Shown piece by piece: positions 17,619-28,893 of a stretch of 64,000 nucleotides of DNA (within the stretch, counting starts at the first letter, position 1; the number at the start of each line of letters is the position of its first letter). Location: the IMG/VR virus record IMGVR_UViG_3300035703_000038, positions 37,245 through 101,244 of that record. The stretch is one strand, 5' to 3'. Origin of the DNA: a virus. The position numbers were made by a program, and so were the translations under genes. The notes beneath the pieces were generated by a model. The model was not told where the DNA came from, did not search any database, and saw only the letters and a list, made by a program, of their open reading frames with translations.

Positions 17619-20600
17619 ATGGCAACAAAGTTTCAGATTAAAAGAACGTCTGTATCTGGACGTACGCCTAACACAACAAATTCTGCAAACTCATCTTATA
17701 TTGCAGCAGGCGAGCTTGCCTTAAATTTAACTGATAAGAAGATGTATTCTTCTAATGGTACCAATTATTTTGAGATTGGTGCTTTCAAAGTTGAACTAAT
17801 TAATTCTACTTCAAATGTCTCCACATTCACTGAGATTTCAACACTCCAGTTTGATGAGGATAGTGGCTTTGATGTAACAAGCCCATCAGCTGGCGTCGCC
17901 AAAGTTGCGATGAATAGCACATTCAAGTACTGGCAGGTTGATGGCACAACAGAGCTTACAGCAACTGGATTAGATACTGTAAACTTCATTAGTGGTGATA
18001 ATATTACTATCACTGCAAATGGTGCCAACACTCCTCAGTCAATTGCATTCTCGACATCACTTACACCAACATTTACATCACTAACTGTCGGCAATAGTAC
18101 TGTTAACACTGTCGTCAACTCTACGGCGATTGCTGTATCTAAGATCTTTGCCAATGGTGGTGTTGGTTCAAGTGGCCAGGTTCTAACATCCAATGGTACT
18201 GGTATCTATTGGGAAGATAGTACTGGTGCTGCATTTTCCGTATCAAGTGAAACATTTAATGCTAATGGCTCAAACACCCAGTTTACATTAGCACAGACAA
18301 CAACATCACTTGAAACATTTGTGTTCTTAAATGGTGTTGCCCAAATACCAACAACAGATTATTCCATATCTGGTACAACTCTAACATTTGTAGTAGCACC
18401 ATCAAATGGTGATGTTATTGAAGTTAGAACAATTAACATTCCTACTGTATCAGGTATTACATTTACATTAGATAGTTTTACAGGTAATGGTAGCAATACA
18501 AACTACACATTATCTACAGCATTATCGTCTAACACAACTACGTTTGTTTATTTGAATGGTGTCGCTCAAGTACCAACTACAGATTATGGTGTAAGTGGTT
18601 CAACGTTAACCTTTTTATCGGCACCGCCAAACTTGGAGCAGATTCGCGCATTAACTATTAATCCAACTGGCGATTATGCATCTGATTCATTTACTGCAAA
18701 TAGTACAGTTAATAATAATTTTACATTATCTATTCCAACAACAACATTTAGAACCTTAGTATTCATTAATGGTGTTGCCCAAGCTCCATCTATAGATTAT
18801 ATTGTAAGTGGATTGACATTATCATTAACAAATAATGCCGCCGCCAATGATGTTGTTCAGGTAAGATCATTTTATGAAGAACCAAGTGCTAGTGGTGCCA
18901 ATACAACAATCCAATATAATGCATCAAGCAGACTAAAAGGTTCACTTGGATTTACATTTAACGAAACAACAAATAATGTAACAATTGGTAACACACTAAC
19001 TGTTCCAAACCTAAGAATTAATGCATCAAACCCTCCAGCAAATTCAACTTCAACCGGCTCTACTGGTACAGTTGCATGGGATAGTGATTATCTATATGTT
19101 GCAGTAGGAACAAATACTTGGAAGAAAACACCAATTACAACTGATGGTGCCGGTGGTGGTGGAGGCAGTGCCAACACAGCTGGTGCCAACACAGAAATCC
19201 AATTTAACGATAGTGGAGTACTTGGCGCTAATAATAAATTTACATTCAATAAAGATACATCAACACTAGCTGTTGGTTCAAATGTAACTGTTAACACAAG
19301 CACCATCTTTATTGGTAACAGCTCTGTTAATACTACAATCACTGCTGGTAATGTTCATCTACAGGGCACCCAGCTAACAGTTGGTAATGTTGTATTAACT
19401 GGCGAACAAATTACTATTGGTAATAGTACAGTGAATACTGTATTTACAGCCAACTCATTTGGCCTTGGTATGGCAAGACAGTCATTTGCTGGCAATGGTT
19501 CAAACACGCAGTTCACCCTGTCGGCAGAACCAACAAATGAAAGTCATACTCTTGTGTTTGTTGATAGAGTAATTCAAAGAGATTCTGATTATAACATTGC
19601 AGGTGCAGTACTAACATTTACATCAGCACCAGATAATGGATCTGATATTGACGTTTATGTGGCACGTGCTGGTGTATCAGCAGGTCCAAGTGTTGGATAT
19701 AGTGTAACAAGAAATGAATTCACTGGTAATGGTTCTAATACAAACTTCTCATTATCGGCAGCTCCGCAGTCTGAGTCCCATGTATTGGTATTTGTTGATG
19801 GTATGATTCAAAGGGATTCAGATTTTACTATATCTGGATCAACACTAATATTTGTGGCAGCACCAGATAATGGATCTGAGATTCAAACATTTGTATATCA
19901 GAGTGCAGTTGCTCTTGCTGGTGGCTCAAATACAAATATTGTATTTAACGACTCAACAGCAGCTAATGGTTCAGCTGGCTTTACATTCAACAAAACAACA
20001 AATAATGTTACAATTAGCAACACATTAAGTGTTGGTAATAGTACCGTCAACACAACCATACGTCCTAATGGTGCAACATTCAGTGGTGATCTAATGCCAT
20101 CTGCTAATGTTACCTATGATATTGGTAACTCATCAATGAGATGGAAAGATTTGTGGTTATCTGGTTCAACAATCAATCTTGGTGGTGCTTCCATTAAGAC
20201 TGACACTGATACTGGTGCCATTGCTCTCATCCCAAAGCCAACTGTTGCTAATCCAGATCCAGTTGCTATGGTCGTATCACCAACCGGTGGTATTACATCT
20301 GTACCAACAACAGGGGGTGTTCCGGCAGCAAATGCTGTTGCTGAGGCTGCAGAGTCTAATACAGCATCTCCTGTTCCAATTGATATCACGTCCACAGCAC
20401 CAGCAAATGGTCAGGCTCTAATTTGGAGTTCGTCTGCTAATACATTTGTTCCTGGTAATGTTGCAGCAGGCGGTGCTTCATCCGATATTCCAAAGATTAC
20501 TGGTCTTGTATATCCTAGTGATGATACTGCTGCCAACACATCTGGCGGTCAGACAGTGTATATTAGCGGATCTAACTTTGCTGCAAACTGTGTTGTGTAT

Positions 20601-22940
20601 ATTAATGGATCAGCTGCACCATCAATTTCTTTCATTAGTTCGAGCAATGTTGGCTTTACTACTCCGGCACTATCAGCTAACATATATCCAGTATATGTAA
20701 TTAATCCAGGCGATGGTGCAACTGCAATCCACATTCCTGGGTTGAATGTATCTGGTGTACCTAACTGGTCAACTGCAGCTGGCAGCCTTGGAGACGTGGA
20801 TGCAGCCAGCTCCTGGAGCTTCAGCGTATCTGCTACAAGTGACTCAAATGTTACATATACATTAGCTGGTGGCAGTTCGTTGCCAACTGGTATTACTCTA
20901 GCATCTAATGGTCTAATTAGTGGTACAATGTCATCGCCACCTGGATCTGAAACAACGTACAATTTCAGTGTTGTTGCTACGGACGGTGAAAACCAGGATG
21001 CTTCAAGATCATTTAGTGTGACTGTATCATTATTAGATCCATATTTTTACTTAACCACTTTGCTTGTCCACGCAGATGGTACCAATAATCAAAACAACCA
21101 TGCCTTTGTAGAGTCCACAGCTAATAATTTAACCATTACACGAACAGGCACTCCAACACAGGGAAGCTTTAGTCCATTTAGTCAGACTGGATGGGGTGCA
21201 TATTTTGATGGAACTGGTGACTATATTAGAAAATCAGGTAGTGGTGTTTTGACAGATTCTGGTAATGTTACAATTGAATGCTGGGCCTGGCCATTAACTT
21301 CGTCTGTTATAGGATTGTTTGATGGTGGACCTGGTCAAGCAACCATCTTAAGAAATTATCCTGCAAACAATATTGGAAAGCAGGGTGGCAATACCATCAG
21401 TTTTACAATGACGCAAAACGCTTGGAATCATTTAGCTTTGACTGTTACTAGTGGTGGCACTGCAACACTGTATATTAATGGAGCAAGCGTAGGGACATCA
21501 TCGTTTGGGTCTTATAGTGGTGGTAGTAATTTTGATATAGGAACTATTAATGGTGGTGGCGATGGCGCCTTCAATGGGTTTATTTCAAACTTTAGAGTAA
21601 CTAAATCCATCGTTTACAGTGGAAACTTCACACCCTCGACCACTCCTCTAACTGCAATCTCTAACACATCACTATTAACCTGCCAGTCTAATAGAGTTAT
21701 CGATAACTCTACAAACACATACGCGTTAGCTCGTAATGGTGATACTAAGATAATTCCATTCTCACCATTTGCTCCATCGGCTGCATACACTGGAGCAGGT
21801 ATTGGTGGCTCCGTCTATATTCCTGCAGGTACAAATGGATTAACTGTAGCAAGCGTTCCAACAATTGGATCAGGAAACTTTACTGTTGAGGGTTGGTTCT
21901 GGCCAACTAATGATACTGTTCGTTCAGAATTTGACTCTGCATGGTGTACAAATGCTGGCAACTTCAATGGTACAGACTCAATGCAAGGAGCTGTGAGAAG
22001 TAACCATGTAATTTTCAGATCCAATGGCACATCCGATATAACAGCTTCTGTGTCAATAGCAAATCAATGGAGTCACATTGCATGGGTCAGAAATGGCACA
22101 ACAGTAACCATATATGTAAATGGTACATCAGTGGTATCTGGAACATACAGCAATTCGTTGGCTGGAGGAAATCTTTTCATTAGCCGTCCTGACTCAAATC
22201 AATTCAGGTTTAATGGTTGGATTTCCGGATTCAGAATTTTAGCTGGAACTGCACTATATACTGGAAACTTCACGCCACCAACTTCTCCACCAACAACAAT
22301 TGCTAATACTATTGCATTACTCAACTTCACCAACGCAGGCATCTTTGATCAAACAGCGAAGAACGTTCTTGAAACAGTTGGCGATGCAAAAGTCAGTACA
22401 GCACAGTACAAGTATGGTACTGCATCGATGTATTTTGATGGGACTGGTGATTATTTAAAAATTCCAAATACACCAGCATTTAACCTTTCTGCTGGAGATT
22501 GGACAATTGAGTGCTGGATAAATTTATCTGCCCTCACCGCAGAAGCGCGTATATGGTCACTTGGAACATATGGATCAAATCCTGAAGTTGCTTTGCTTAT
22601 CGGTGGTGGTGGTGCTGGTGGAAGTTCGAACGATCTTCAATTTAATTACCTTGGAAACTCAACCTTAATAACTGCATCTAGTGTTAATTCTACAGGCGTA
22701 TGGATGCACGTTGCTGTTGTCAGATATTCAGGAACTACAACACTGTATGTAAACGGAGTTTCTAAAGGAACAACTGCAACAAACCCCTGGACTTCTTCAT
22801 CGACGAGTTTTTGGATTGGCGGTTGGTCACAAAACAATAACCAAATGACTGGATACATTGACGATCTTCGCATCACCAAAGGTTATGCTCGCTATACATC
22901 TAACTTTACACCACCAACATCAGCATTCAAGAATAGGTAA
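17619..22940 (+). CDS. Long tail fibre with five F.GNG/NGV.Q.P..DY modules, IPT/Ig-like domains and three C-terminal LamG/ConA-like lectin domains
   Basis: FQIKRTS..GELALNLTDKKMY anchor. LamG motifs YFDGTGDY, TIECW, W.H.A.VR and GYIDDLRITKG.ARY..NFTPPT. Confidence 0.8.
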   Translation: MATKFQIKRTSVSGRTPNTTNSANSSYIAAGELALNLTDKKMYSSNGTNYFEIGAFKVELINSTSNVSTFTEISTLQFDEDSGFDVTSPSAGVAKVAMNSTFKYWQVDGTTELTATGLDTVNFISGDNITITANGANTPQSIAFSTSLTPTFTSLTVGNSTVNTVVNSTAIAVSKIFANGGVGSSGQVLTSNGTGIYWEDSTGAAFSVSSETFNANGSNTQFTLAQTTTSLETFVFLNGVAQIPTTDYSISGTTLTFVVAPSNGDVIEVRTINIPTVSGITFTLDSFTGNGSNTNYTLSTALSSNTTTFVYLNGVAQVPTTDYGVSGSTLTFLSAPPNLEQIRALTINPTGDYASDSFTANSTVNNNFTLSIPTTTFRTLVFINGVAQAPSIDYIVSGLTLSLTNNAAANDVVQVRSFYEEPSASGANTTIQYNASSRLKGSLGFTFNETTNNVTIGNTLTVPNLRINASNPPANSTSTGSTGTVAWDSDYLYVAVGTNTWKKTPITTDGAGGGGGSANTAGANTEIQFNDSGVLGANNKFTFNKDTSTLAVGSNVTVNTSTIFIGNSSVNTTITAGNVHLQGTQLTVGNVVLTGEQITIGNSTVNTVFTANSFGLGMARQSFAGNGSNTQFTLSAEPTNESHTLVFVDRVIQRDSDYNIAGAVLTFTSAPDNGSDIDVYVARAGVSAGPSVGYSVTRNEFTGNGSNTNFSLSAAPQSESHVLVFVDGMIQRDSDFTISGSTLIFVAAPDNGSEIQTFVYQSAVALAGGSNTNIVFNDSTAANGSAGFTFNKTTNNVTISNTLSVGNSTVNTTIRPNGATFSGDLMPSANVTYDIGNSSMRWKDLWLSGSTINLGGASIKTDTDTGAIALIPKPTVANPDPVAMVVSPTGGITSVPTTGGVPAANAVAEAAESNTASPVPIDITSTAPANGQALIWSSSANTFVPGNVAAGGASSDIPKITGLVYPSDDTAANTSGGQTVYISGSNFAANCVVYINGSAAPSISFISSSNVGFTTPALSANIYPVYVINPGDGATAIHIPGLNVSGVPNWSTAAGSLGDVDAASSWSFSVSATSDSNVTYTLAGGSSLPTGITLASNGLISGTMSSPPGSETTYNFSVVATDGENQDASRSFSVTVSLLDPYFYLTTLLVHADGTNNQNNHAFVESTANNLTITRTGTPTQGSFSPFSQTGWGAYFDGTGDYIRKSGSGVLTDSGNVTIECWAWPLTSSVIGLFDGGPGQATILRNYPANNIGKQGGNTISFTMTQNAWNHLALTVTSGGTATLYINGASVGTSSFGSYSGGSNFDIGTINGGGDGAFNGFISNFRVTKSIVYSGNFTPSTTPLTAISNTSLLTCQSNRVIDNSTNTYALARNGDTKIIPFSPFAPSAAYTGAGIGGSVYIPAGTNGLTVASVPTIGSGNFTVEGWFWPTNDTVRSEFDSAWCTNAGNFNGTDSMQGAVRSNHVIFRSNGTSDITASVSIANQWSHIAWVRNGTTVTIYVNGTSVVSGTYSNSLAGGNLFISRPDSNQFRFNGWISGFRILAGTALYTGNFTPPTSPPTTIANTIALLNFTNAGIFDQTAKNVLETVGDAKVSTAQYKYGTASMYFDGTGDYLKIPNTPAFNLSAGDWTIECWINLSALTAEARIWSLGTYGSNPEVALLIGGGGAGGSSNDLQFNYLGNSTLITASSVNSTGVWMHVAVVRYSGTTTLYVNGVSKGTTATNPWTSSSTSFWIGGWSQNNNQMTGYIDDLRITKGYARYTSNFTPPTSAFKNR

Positions 22941-22947
22941 CTGAAAT

Positions 22948-24705
22948 ATGGCTCGTAAGTTTCCAGGTAGAGCATTTGATCCTAACTCATCAATAACAGT
23001 CACATCGATTGTAGTTGGTGGCGCTTCGATCCAAACAGATAGTAACACTGGTGCTATTGCTCTAATACCTAAGCCAACAGATTCCAACCCCAATCCAGTT
23101 GCAGCAGTCGTCGCTCCAACCGGTGGTATCACTACCGTTAACACAACAGCAGGTGTTGCTGCCACAAATGCTATTGGTGCTGCGGCAGCTGCCAATACAG
23201 CATCTCCAGTTGCTATTGATATAGCAACATCTGCTCCTGCAAATGGTCAAGCTTTAGTCTGGAATGCATCTGCTAGTAAGTTTGTTCCCGGCAACGTTGC
23301 AAGTGGTGGATCTGATATACCAAAGATTACTGGTCTTGTATATCCAGACGATGATACTGCAGCTAACACCTCAGGTGGCCAAACAATTTACATAACGGGC
23401 AATAACTTTGTAAGTAATTGCAAAGTTTACATTAATAATACACTAGCACCATCCATAACATTTGTCGGCTCTAGCAATGTTGGATTTACAACACCTGCCT
23501 TATCTGTTAACACATATCCATTGTATCTTGTAAATCCAGATGGTGGTACTGCAGTGTTTATTCCAGGCTTGGATGTGTCGTCTTTACCTACATGGGTAAC
23601 AAGCTCAGAACTTACTAGTTTTGGTGCCTCTGCTACAATTACCCGTACACTTGAGGCAACTAGTGATTCAACGGTTACATATTCACTAGCTGGTGGCAGC
23701 AGCTTACCGTCTGGTTTAACATTAGCATCTAATGGTGTATTGAGTGGAACATTAACATCCCCGCCGGCGTCTGCGACAACATATAATTTTAGTGTTGTGG
23801 CAACAGATGAAGAGATGCAAACAGCTACAAGAGCATTTAGTATTACAGCAACAGTTTATGACTTTGCAATTAGTCCTTCCGTTGGAGGTGTCTCTAACTG
23901 GACATTCGCAACAGACGGAAATCTAATATTGACTGACCCAGGTGAGTACACATTAACATTTGCAGCAAGTGTCACAAAAAATGTTAAGATGTGGGGTGCC
24001 GGTGGTAAGGCAGGTAGTGGTGGTGTTGATGGTTGGGGTAACGGTGGTGCTGGTGGTGCCGCAACTGGTAACGTAAGTTTTGCTTCTGGTAGCAGCTATA
24101 AAATTAGAGTTCCTGCTGCTGGTGCAACAGGAAATGCTCCAGCATTAGCATATGGGGCTGGTAATGGTGGTGGTGGTAGTTATGGTTGTGGATCTGCTGG
24201 CTCGGGTGGTGGTTATGCAGGTATATTCCTATCAAGCGTCACACAGGGCAATGCAATATTGATGGCTGGCGGTGGCGGTGGTGGCGCAAGTAGTAGAGGC
24301 GACTGTCGAGGCGGCCGTAGTGGTATGGCGGGTGGTGGTACTGCAGGACAGACAAATCCCGATGGATACCATGGTACACCAGGAACTCAGTCAGCAGGTG
24401 GTTCGGCCGGTGGCGGTGGCACAGCCGGCTCAGCGCTACAAGGTGGCAATGGTGGCACCGGTGGTGGCGGTGCTGGTGGTGGTTATTATGGTGGTGGCAC
24501 AGGAACAAACGCCAGCAGCGATGGTGGCGGTGGTGGAGGCGGTGGATCCGGTTATTTCAACCCAAGCCTCGTCTCAAGTGCTACCCTATATACAGGGTCT
24601 GGCACTACTCCAGGAAACAATAGTGATGGTAATAGGGGTACTGCAGGTGCTTCTGGAGTAGGCGGTTCAACACCAACAAACGGTAAAGTGGTTATTACCG
24701 CGTAA
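22948..24705 (+). CDS. Tail fibre/adhesin with IPT/Ig-like domains and a glycine-rich (polyglycine II-type) C-terminal domain
   Basis: KMWGAGG...AGGGGG...GGGYYGGG...GGGGGSGY...GKVVIT. The N-terminal half is paralogous to 20180-21030. Confidence 0.75.
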   Translation: MARKFPGRAFDPNSSITVTSIVVGGASIQTDSNTGAIALIPKPTDSNPNPVAAVVAPTGGITTVNTTAGVAATNAIGAAAAANTASPVAIDIATSAPANGQALVWNASASKFVPGNVASGGSDIPKITGLVYPDDDTAANTSGGQTIYITGNNFVSNCKVYINNTLAPSITFVGSSNVGFTTPALSVNTYPLYLVNPDGGTAVFIPGLDVSSLPTWVTSSELTSFGASATITRTLEATSDSTVTYSLAGGSSLPSGLTLASNGVLSGTLTSPPASATTYNFSVVATDEEMQTATRAFSITATVYDFAISPSVGGVSNWTFATDGNLILTDPGEYTLTFAASVTKNVKMWGAGGKAGSGGVDGWGNGGAGGAATGNVSFASGSSYKIRVPAAGATGNAPALAYGAGNGGGGSYGCGSAGSGGGYAGIFLSSVTQGNAILMAGGGGGGASSRGDCRGGRSGMAGGGTAGQTNPDGYHGTPGTQSAGGSAGGGGTAGSALQGGNGGTGGGGAGGGYYGGGTGTNASSDGGGGGGGGSGYFNPSLVSSATLYTGSGTTPGNNSDGNRGTAGASGVGGSTPTNGKVVITA

Positions 24706-24722
24706 TTTAAAAGGATTATCAA

Positions 24723-27700
24723 ATGGCAGGCAAATTACCAGGTAGAGCGTTAGATCCAACAACAACAATAACGATTAATAATATATCGTTTGGGGATAAT
24801 GTTGCTGTTAATTCATCTGTCGTTGTCTTAGGCAACTCTACAGTTAATACTGTAGTTAACTCTACAGCAGTTGTCACACCATCAGTCAATGTTGGTTCTA
24901 ATGTTTTTGTCAACACAAGTACTATACATCTTGGCAACTCTACAGTCAACACTGTCATTCATACAACAGGCTTTACTGGTAATGGTGCTGGCTTACATAG
25001 TGTCAATGCTGCAGCACTAGAAGGGAACACCGTTGCCAATATTTTAACATCTGCCAACACTGCTGCTAATACTTTGGCATCTGCTGCGTTCACTAATGCA
25101 GCCTCTAGAGCCGACTCAGCATATTCCAATGCAGCATCATATGCTGACACAAAGGCTGGTCAAGCATTTACTAATGCTGTATCCTATGCTGCATCCAACA
25201 CATATGTCAATAATACATTCCTACCTCTTGCTGGTGGCACATTAACTGGCAATCTAACTGTCAATGCAACGGCTAATATTGTTTCTAACTTATCAGCTAA
25301 TAATGTTACATTTAGAGGTGATGTTCAGATTGATGGTAACTTAGTTGTATCTGGTACAAGTGTTACATTGAATGCTGCTAGCTTAGCTATTGAAGATAAT
25401 ATGATCTATTTAAATAATGGATCTCAAGTTACCCACCCCGATCTTGGCTTCGCTGGTAACTATAATGACGGCAGCTACAAGCACGCTGGCTTCTTTAGAG
25501 ATGCCACAGATGGCGTTTGGAAAGTATATGATGGATACACTCCAGAGCCAGATGCTTCTGCATATATTGATACAAGTAATGCCTCATTTAGAATTGCTGA
25601 TTTTACTGCCAACGTTGTAACAGCGGCAAGTATTAATGTTGTAAGTGGAGCATTAACAACTATTGCGGCAGGTAATACTACCATTACTGGTTTTGCTAAT
25701 GTAATAGGCGTAAGTAACACAGATGGTTTGAGAGTAGTAAGAAATGCTGGCGTTACGTCGCAGTATATAGAATTGAATACAAATGCTAGTGCAGCTTATG
25801 TTACCTTTAATTCTAGTGCTAGTAACCCTAAAGATGTTTATTATGATATACCACCAGCTAATAACACATCTGATATATTCCACATGTTTAGAGTTAGCGC
25901 TCTAGATAAACTTAAAGTCAATACTTCTGTTGTAACTGTAAATGCACAATTATCTGCTGGTAATACTACTATTACTGGTTTGGCTAATGTATCAGGCAAT
26001 GTAACAGTATCAGGTTCATACCTGTTTGTAGGTCAAGATGTAAGATCTAATGGTCAAATTAGAGCTACTGGTTGGTATAACACACCATCATCCTCCAGAG
26101 ATGGACCAGCCATCGAGATAGGTATATCAACCCACGGGTACATTCTATCATATGATAGAGACACATCAGCGTATGGTAGAATGTATTTCAACGCCAACAG
26201 CTTTTATATACAAACCCAAGGTACACAAGATGGTACCTATATTGGCAATAGTGGTTCAACCCATGCCTACTTTGCATCCAACGGTAATGTGGGTATTGGT
26301 AATACAAGTCCAATTGATAGATTAGTAATTAGTGATACTAATACAATTATAGTTAGACCTAATTTTGCTGGCACGACTGGAATTCCAGCTGGTGTACTGT
26401 TTGCTAGCAGAAATACCGCTAACTTAACATTTGCTGCTGACAGTTCCTCAGGGGCAGCTGGCCAAGGTATAAACATTTCTGCTTATGGTGGCAGCCAATG
26501 GTATCGTGGTCTAACATATAACAACAAATCTGGAACACCAGATCTCATATTACAACAGGATGGTGGTAATGTTGGTATTGGTAACACAGCTCCTGCAGAG
26601 AAGTTAGTAGTAAATGGTCTGACCAGGTTAGGAGGTAATGTTGTTATAACATCCGCTGGCACACAATGTAAAATAGATTTTGGTAGCGCAACCCAAACAC
26701 AATGGACTGATTTGATTCTTAAAACAGATACTGGAACAGGTGAAATTTTCCGTGGCGGTTCTGGTTATTCTTCATACACTGGAACAGCTGGCCTTAATAT
26801 TTTTAACAGTAACGGAGCTGCTGGTCACATTGGATTTTTCCCAGGCGGTACTTCATCGCCTGTGTTGTTAGCAGCAGCAAATGGCAATGTTGGTATTGGC
26901 GATTCTTCACCATCCACAAGATTCAGAGTATCAGGTGGTAGATCTGTCTTTGCAGCTAACAGCGAATTCTATTCTATTGCTGTTCAACACAACAGTGGTG
27001 GTGTTGGTCAATTCTATATTGGTGCCACAAACTCAGCTTCACCAGATATGCTTATTAGCCAAACTGGAGGAACTGAGGTTCTTCGTATTGGTGACAATGG
27101 TGGTTTGAGTCTTAACACTGGGGTATCATATAATAATAATTTCTTGATCAATGGTTATGCATCCATGATTAGGATGTACTCAGGGGCAGATGCAGTATTT
27201 GGCCACAATGTATATGGAGATCCTAATAGTAGAGTCCTGAAGCAAGTTAACACTGGCTACTATGCTTCATGGATTAGAATGTACTACAACCAAGGTATAT
27301 ATTTTGGTACAAGAAATGTAGCTGGTACAGTAGGCGATACCGTAAGCGATCCAGCTGGTACAACAAACGATAAGATGGTTCTTGATATTGACGGTCGTTT
27401 GATGCTGAATACAACAACAGCTAATACAACTGCTAATACAATATTAACAGTCAAGGGGTTTACATCCAACACATCAGCATTCATGATTGAAGGTCGTGAT
27501 AGCAATGGCATATTGAGAACTGCAATAACTGACCGTGGCGCCCAGAACTGGTACATTATGGCTGGCGATGGTTTAGAAAAAGGATCAATCCGATATAGTA
27601 CTCCTGGTGGCTTTGTTGGTATTCTATACTTTGATAGTTCTGGCCTATCTAGATCTGACTTTAGACATGTAGCCAATGGTGGCTTCACATGGCATGCCCA

Positions 27701-28055
27701 TGCTTTGGGTACAGTACCACCAGAATTGATGAGACTAGACAACACTGGCAACTTAACTATTGTTGGTACTCTAACTGAGTCTTCATCCATTACATTGAAA
27801 GAAAACTTAGATCCAATTCAAGATGCGTTAGGTGCAATTACATCACTTACTGGTTACGTCTATGATCGTAAGGATGGCACAGCTAAACGTAGAGCTGGTT
27901 TGATTGCTGAAGAAGTAGAAACAATATTACCTAATGTAGTTAAGAAAGACAATGATGGTAACCCAACTGGTATTCAGTATACTAACTTAATAGCATATCT
28001 TGTTGAGTCTATTAAAGAGCTTAAAGCTGAGATTGATTTGTTGAAGGGTAGGTAG
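24723..28055 (+). CDS. Long tail fibre with GNVGIG repeats and C-terminal S74-like chaperone
   Basis: Three GNVGIG..P repeats. Ends ESSSITLKENL...GLIAEEV..ILPNVV...IQYTNLIAYLVESIKEL. Confidence 0.85.
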   Translation: MAGKLPGRALDPTTTITINNISFGDNVAVNSSVVVLGNSTVNTVVNSTAVVTPSVNVGSNVFVNTSTIHLGNSTVNTVIHTTGFTGNGAGLHSVNAAALEGNTVANILTSANTAANTLASAAFTNAASRADSAYSNAASYADTKAGQAFTNAVSYAASNTYVNNTFLPLAGGTLTGNLTVNATANIVSNLSANNVTFRGDVQIDGNLVVSGTSVTLNAASLAIEDNMIYLNNGSQVTHPDLGFAGNYNDGSYKHAGFFRDATDGVWKVYDGYTPEPDASAYIDTSNASFRIADFTANVVTAASINVVSGALTTIAAGNTTITGFANVIGVSNTDGLRVVRNAGVTSQYIELNTNASAAYVTFNSSASNPKDVYYDIPPANNTSDIFHMFRVSALDKLKVNTSVVTVNAQLSAGNTTITGLANVSGNVTVSGSYLFVGQDVRSNGQIRATGWYNTPSSSRDGPAIEIGISTHGYILSYDRDTSAYGRMYFNANSFYIQTQGTQDGTYIGNSGSTHAYFASNGNVGIGNTSPIDRLVISDTNTIIVRPNFAGTTGIPAGVLFASRNTANLTFAADSSSGAAGQGINISAYGGSQWYRGLTYNNKSGTPDLILQQDGGNVGIGNTAPAEKLVVNGLTRLGGNVVITSAGTQCKIDFGSATQTQWTDLILKTDTGTGEIFRGGSGYSSYTGTAGLNIFNSNGAAGHIGFFPGGTSSPVLLAAANGNVGIGDSSPSTRFRVSGGRSVFAANSEFYSIAVQHNSGGVGQFYIGATNSASPDMLISQTGGTEVLRIGDNGGLSLNTGVSYNNNFLINGYASMIRMYSGADAVFGHNVYGDPNSRVLKQVNTGYYASWIRMYYNQGIYFGTRNVAGTVGDTVSDPAGTTNDKMVLDIDGRLMLNTTTANTTANTILTVKGFTSNTSAFMIEGRDSNGILRTAITDRGAQNWYIMAGDGLEKGSIRYSTPGGFVGILYFDSSGLSRSDFRHVANGGFTWHAHALGTVPPELMRLDNTGNLTIVGTLTESSSITLKENLDPIQDALGAITSLTGYVYDRKDGTAKRRAGLIAEEVETILPNVVKKDNDGNPTGIQYTNLIAYLVESIKELKAEIDLLKGR

Positions 28056-28056
28056 T

Positions 28057-28884
28057 ATGGCTATCCTAAAAAATACAACAATTAACGATACTGGTTTTAT
28101 TAGGCTGCCAGTTGGCAATACAGCTCAAAGACCAACTGCTGCCAATGGTATGATGAGGTATAACACTGATACAAGTAAAGTTGAAATTTATTTGGGTACA
28201 GCGTGGAGTTTATTAGATCTCACTGGCGACCCAACAGATGTGTATGCAGGAGCTGCAGTATACGCTCCGCTTTCAAATAGTGCAATATTCAGTAGTGGTT
28301 CATTGACCGGCAATACTGTTGAAATAGTCCAATATGGATCTTACGGTACAGATGAATCAAACACCTCCGTAACAGTTCTAAAGATGAGCGGTGGGGCCCA
28401 AACACGTATACCTGCTGGTGATCCAGGATCTGCTCATACAGTTTCCGTTTGGTATAGAAGTAGCAGCGGTAGTGATTACGGTATGCTATTTTCAAAATAT
28501 CCTTCAGTTGGTACAAGCAGCTATGGTGTTGATATATGGGATGGTAATGGAAATGGAGCTATCTATTTGAATACGGGTGATGGCTCAGCTAACCCGTTCT
28601 CTGGATCAAGTGGTCATTATTTTAACCACAGTGACTGGAGACATTATTGTTTCACATTTGATGGGTCAACAGCTAGATACTATAGAAATGGTAGTTTAGT
28701 AGGTGCTGCTCCTACATACAGAACATTTTCTGGATACACGGGGCAATGGACAATTGGCACCTGGTCAGGACAATATTTTGGTCAGTATACACTTTCAGCT
28801 GGTAGATTCAGAAAGTTTGCAGTATGGCATGGCAGCGCATTATCAGCAACAGATGTGACAGCTCTTTACAACGCAGGGCTATAG
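28057..28884 (+). CDS. Short fibre/adhesin with LamG-like C-terminal domain
   Basis: LPVGNTAQRP..GMMRYNT anchor. WRHYCFTFDG..RYYRNG..ALSATDVTALYN. Confidence 0.7.
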   Translation: MAILKNTTINDTGFIRLPVGNTAQRPTAANGMMRYNTDTSKVEIYLGTAWSLLDLTGDPTDVYAGAAVYAPLSNSAIFSSGSLTGNTVEIVQYGSYGTDESNTSVTVLKMSGGAQTRIPAGDPGSAHTVSVWYRSSSGSDYGMLFSKYPSVGTSSYGVDIWDGNGNGAIYLNTGDGSANPFSGSSGHYFNHSDWRHYCFTFDGSTARYYRNGSLVGAAPTYRTFSGYTGQWTIGTWSGQYFGQYTLSAGRFRKFAVWHGSALSATDVTALYNAGL

Positions 28885-28893
28885 GAGAATTAG

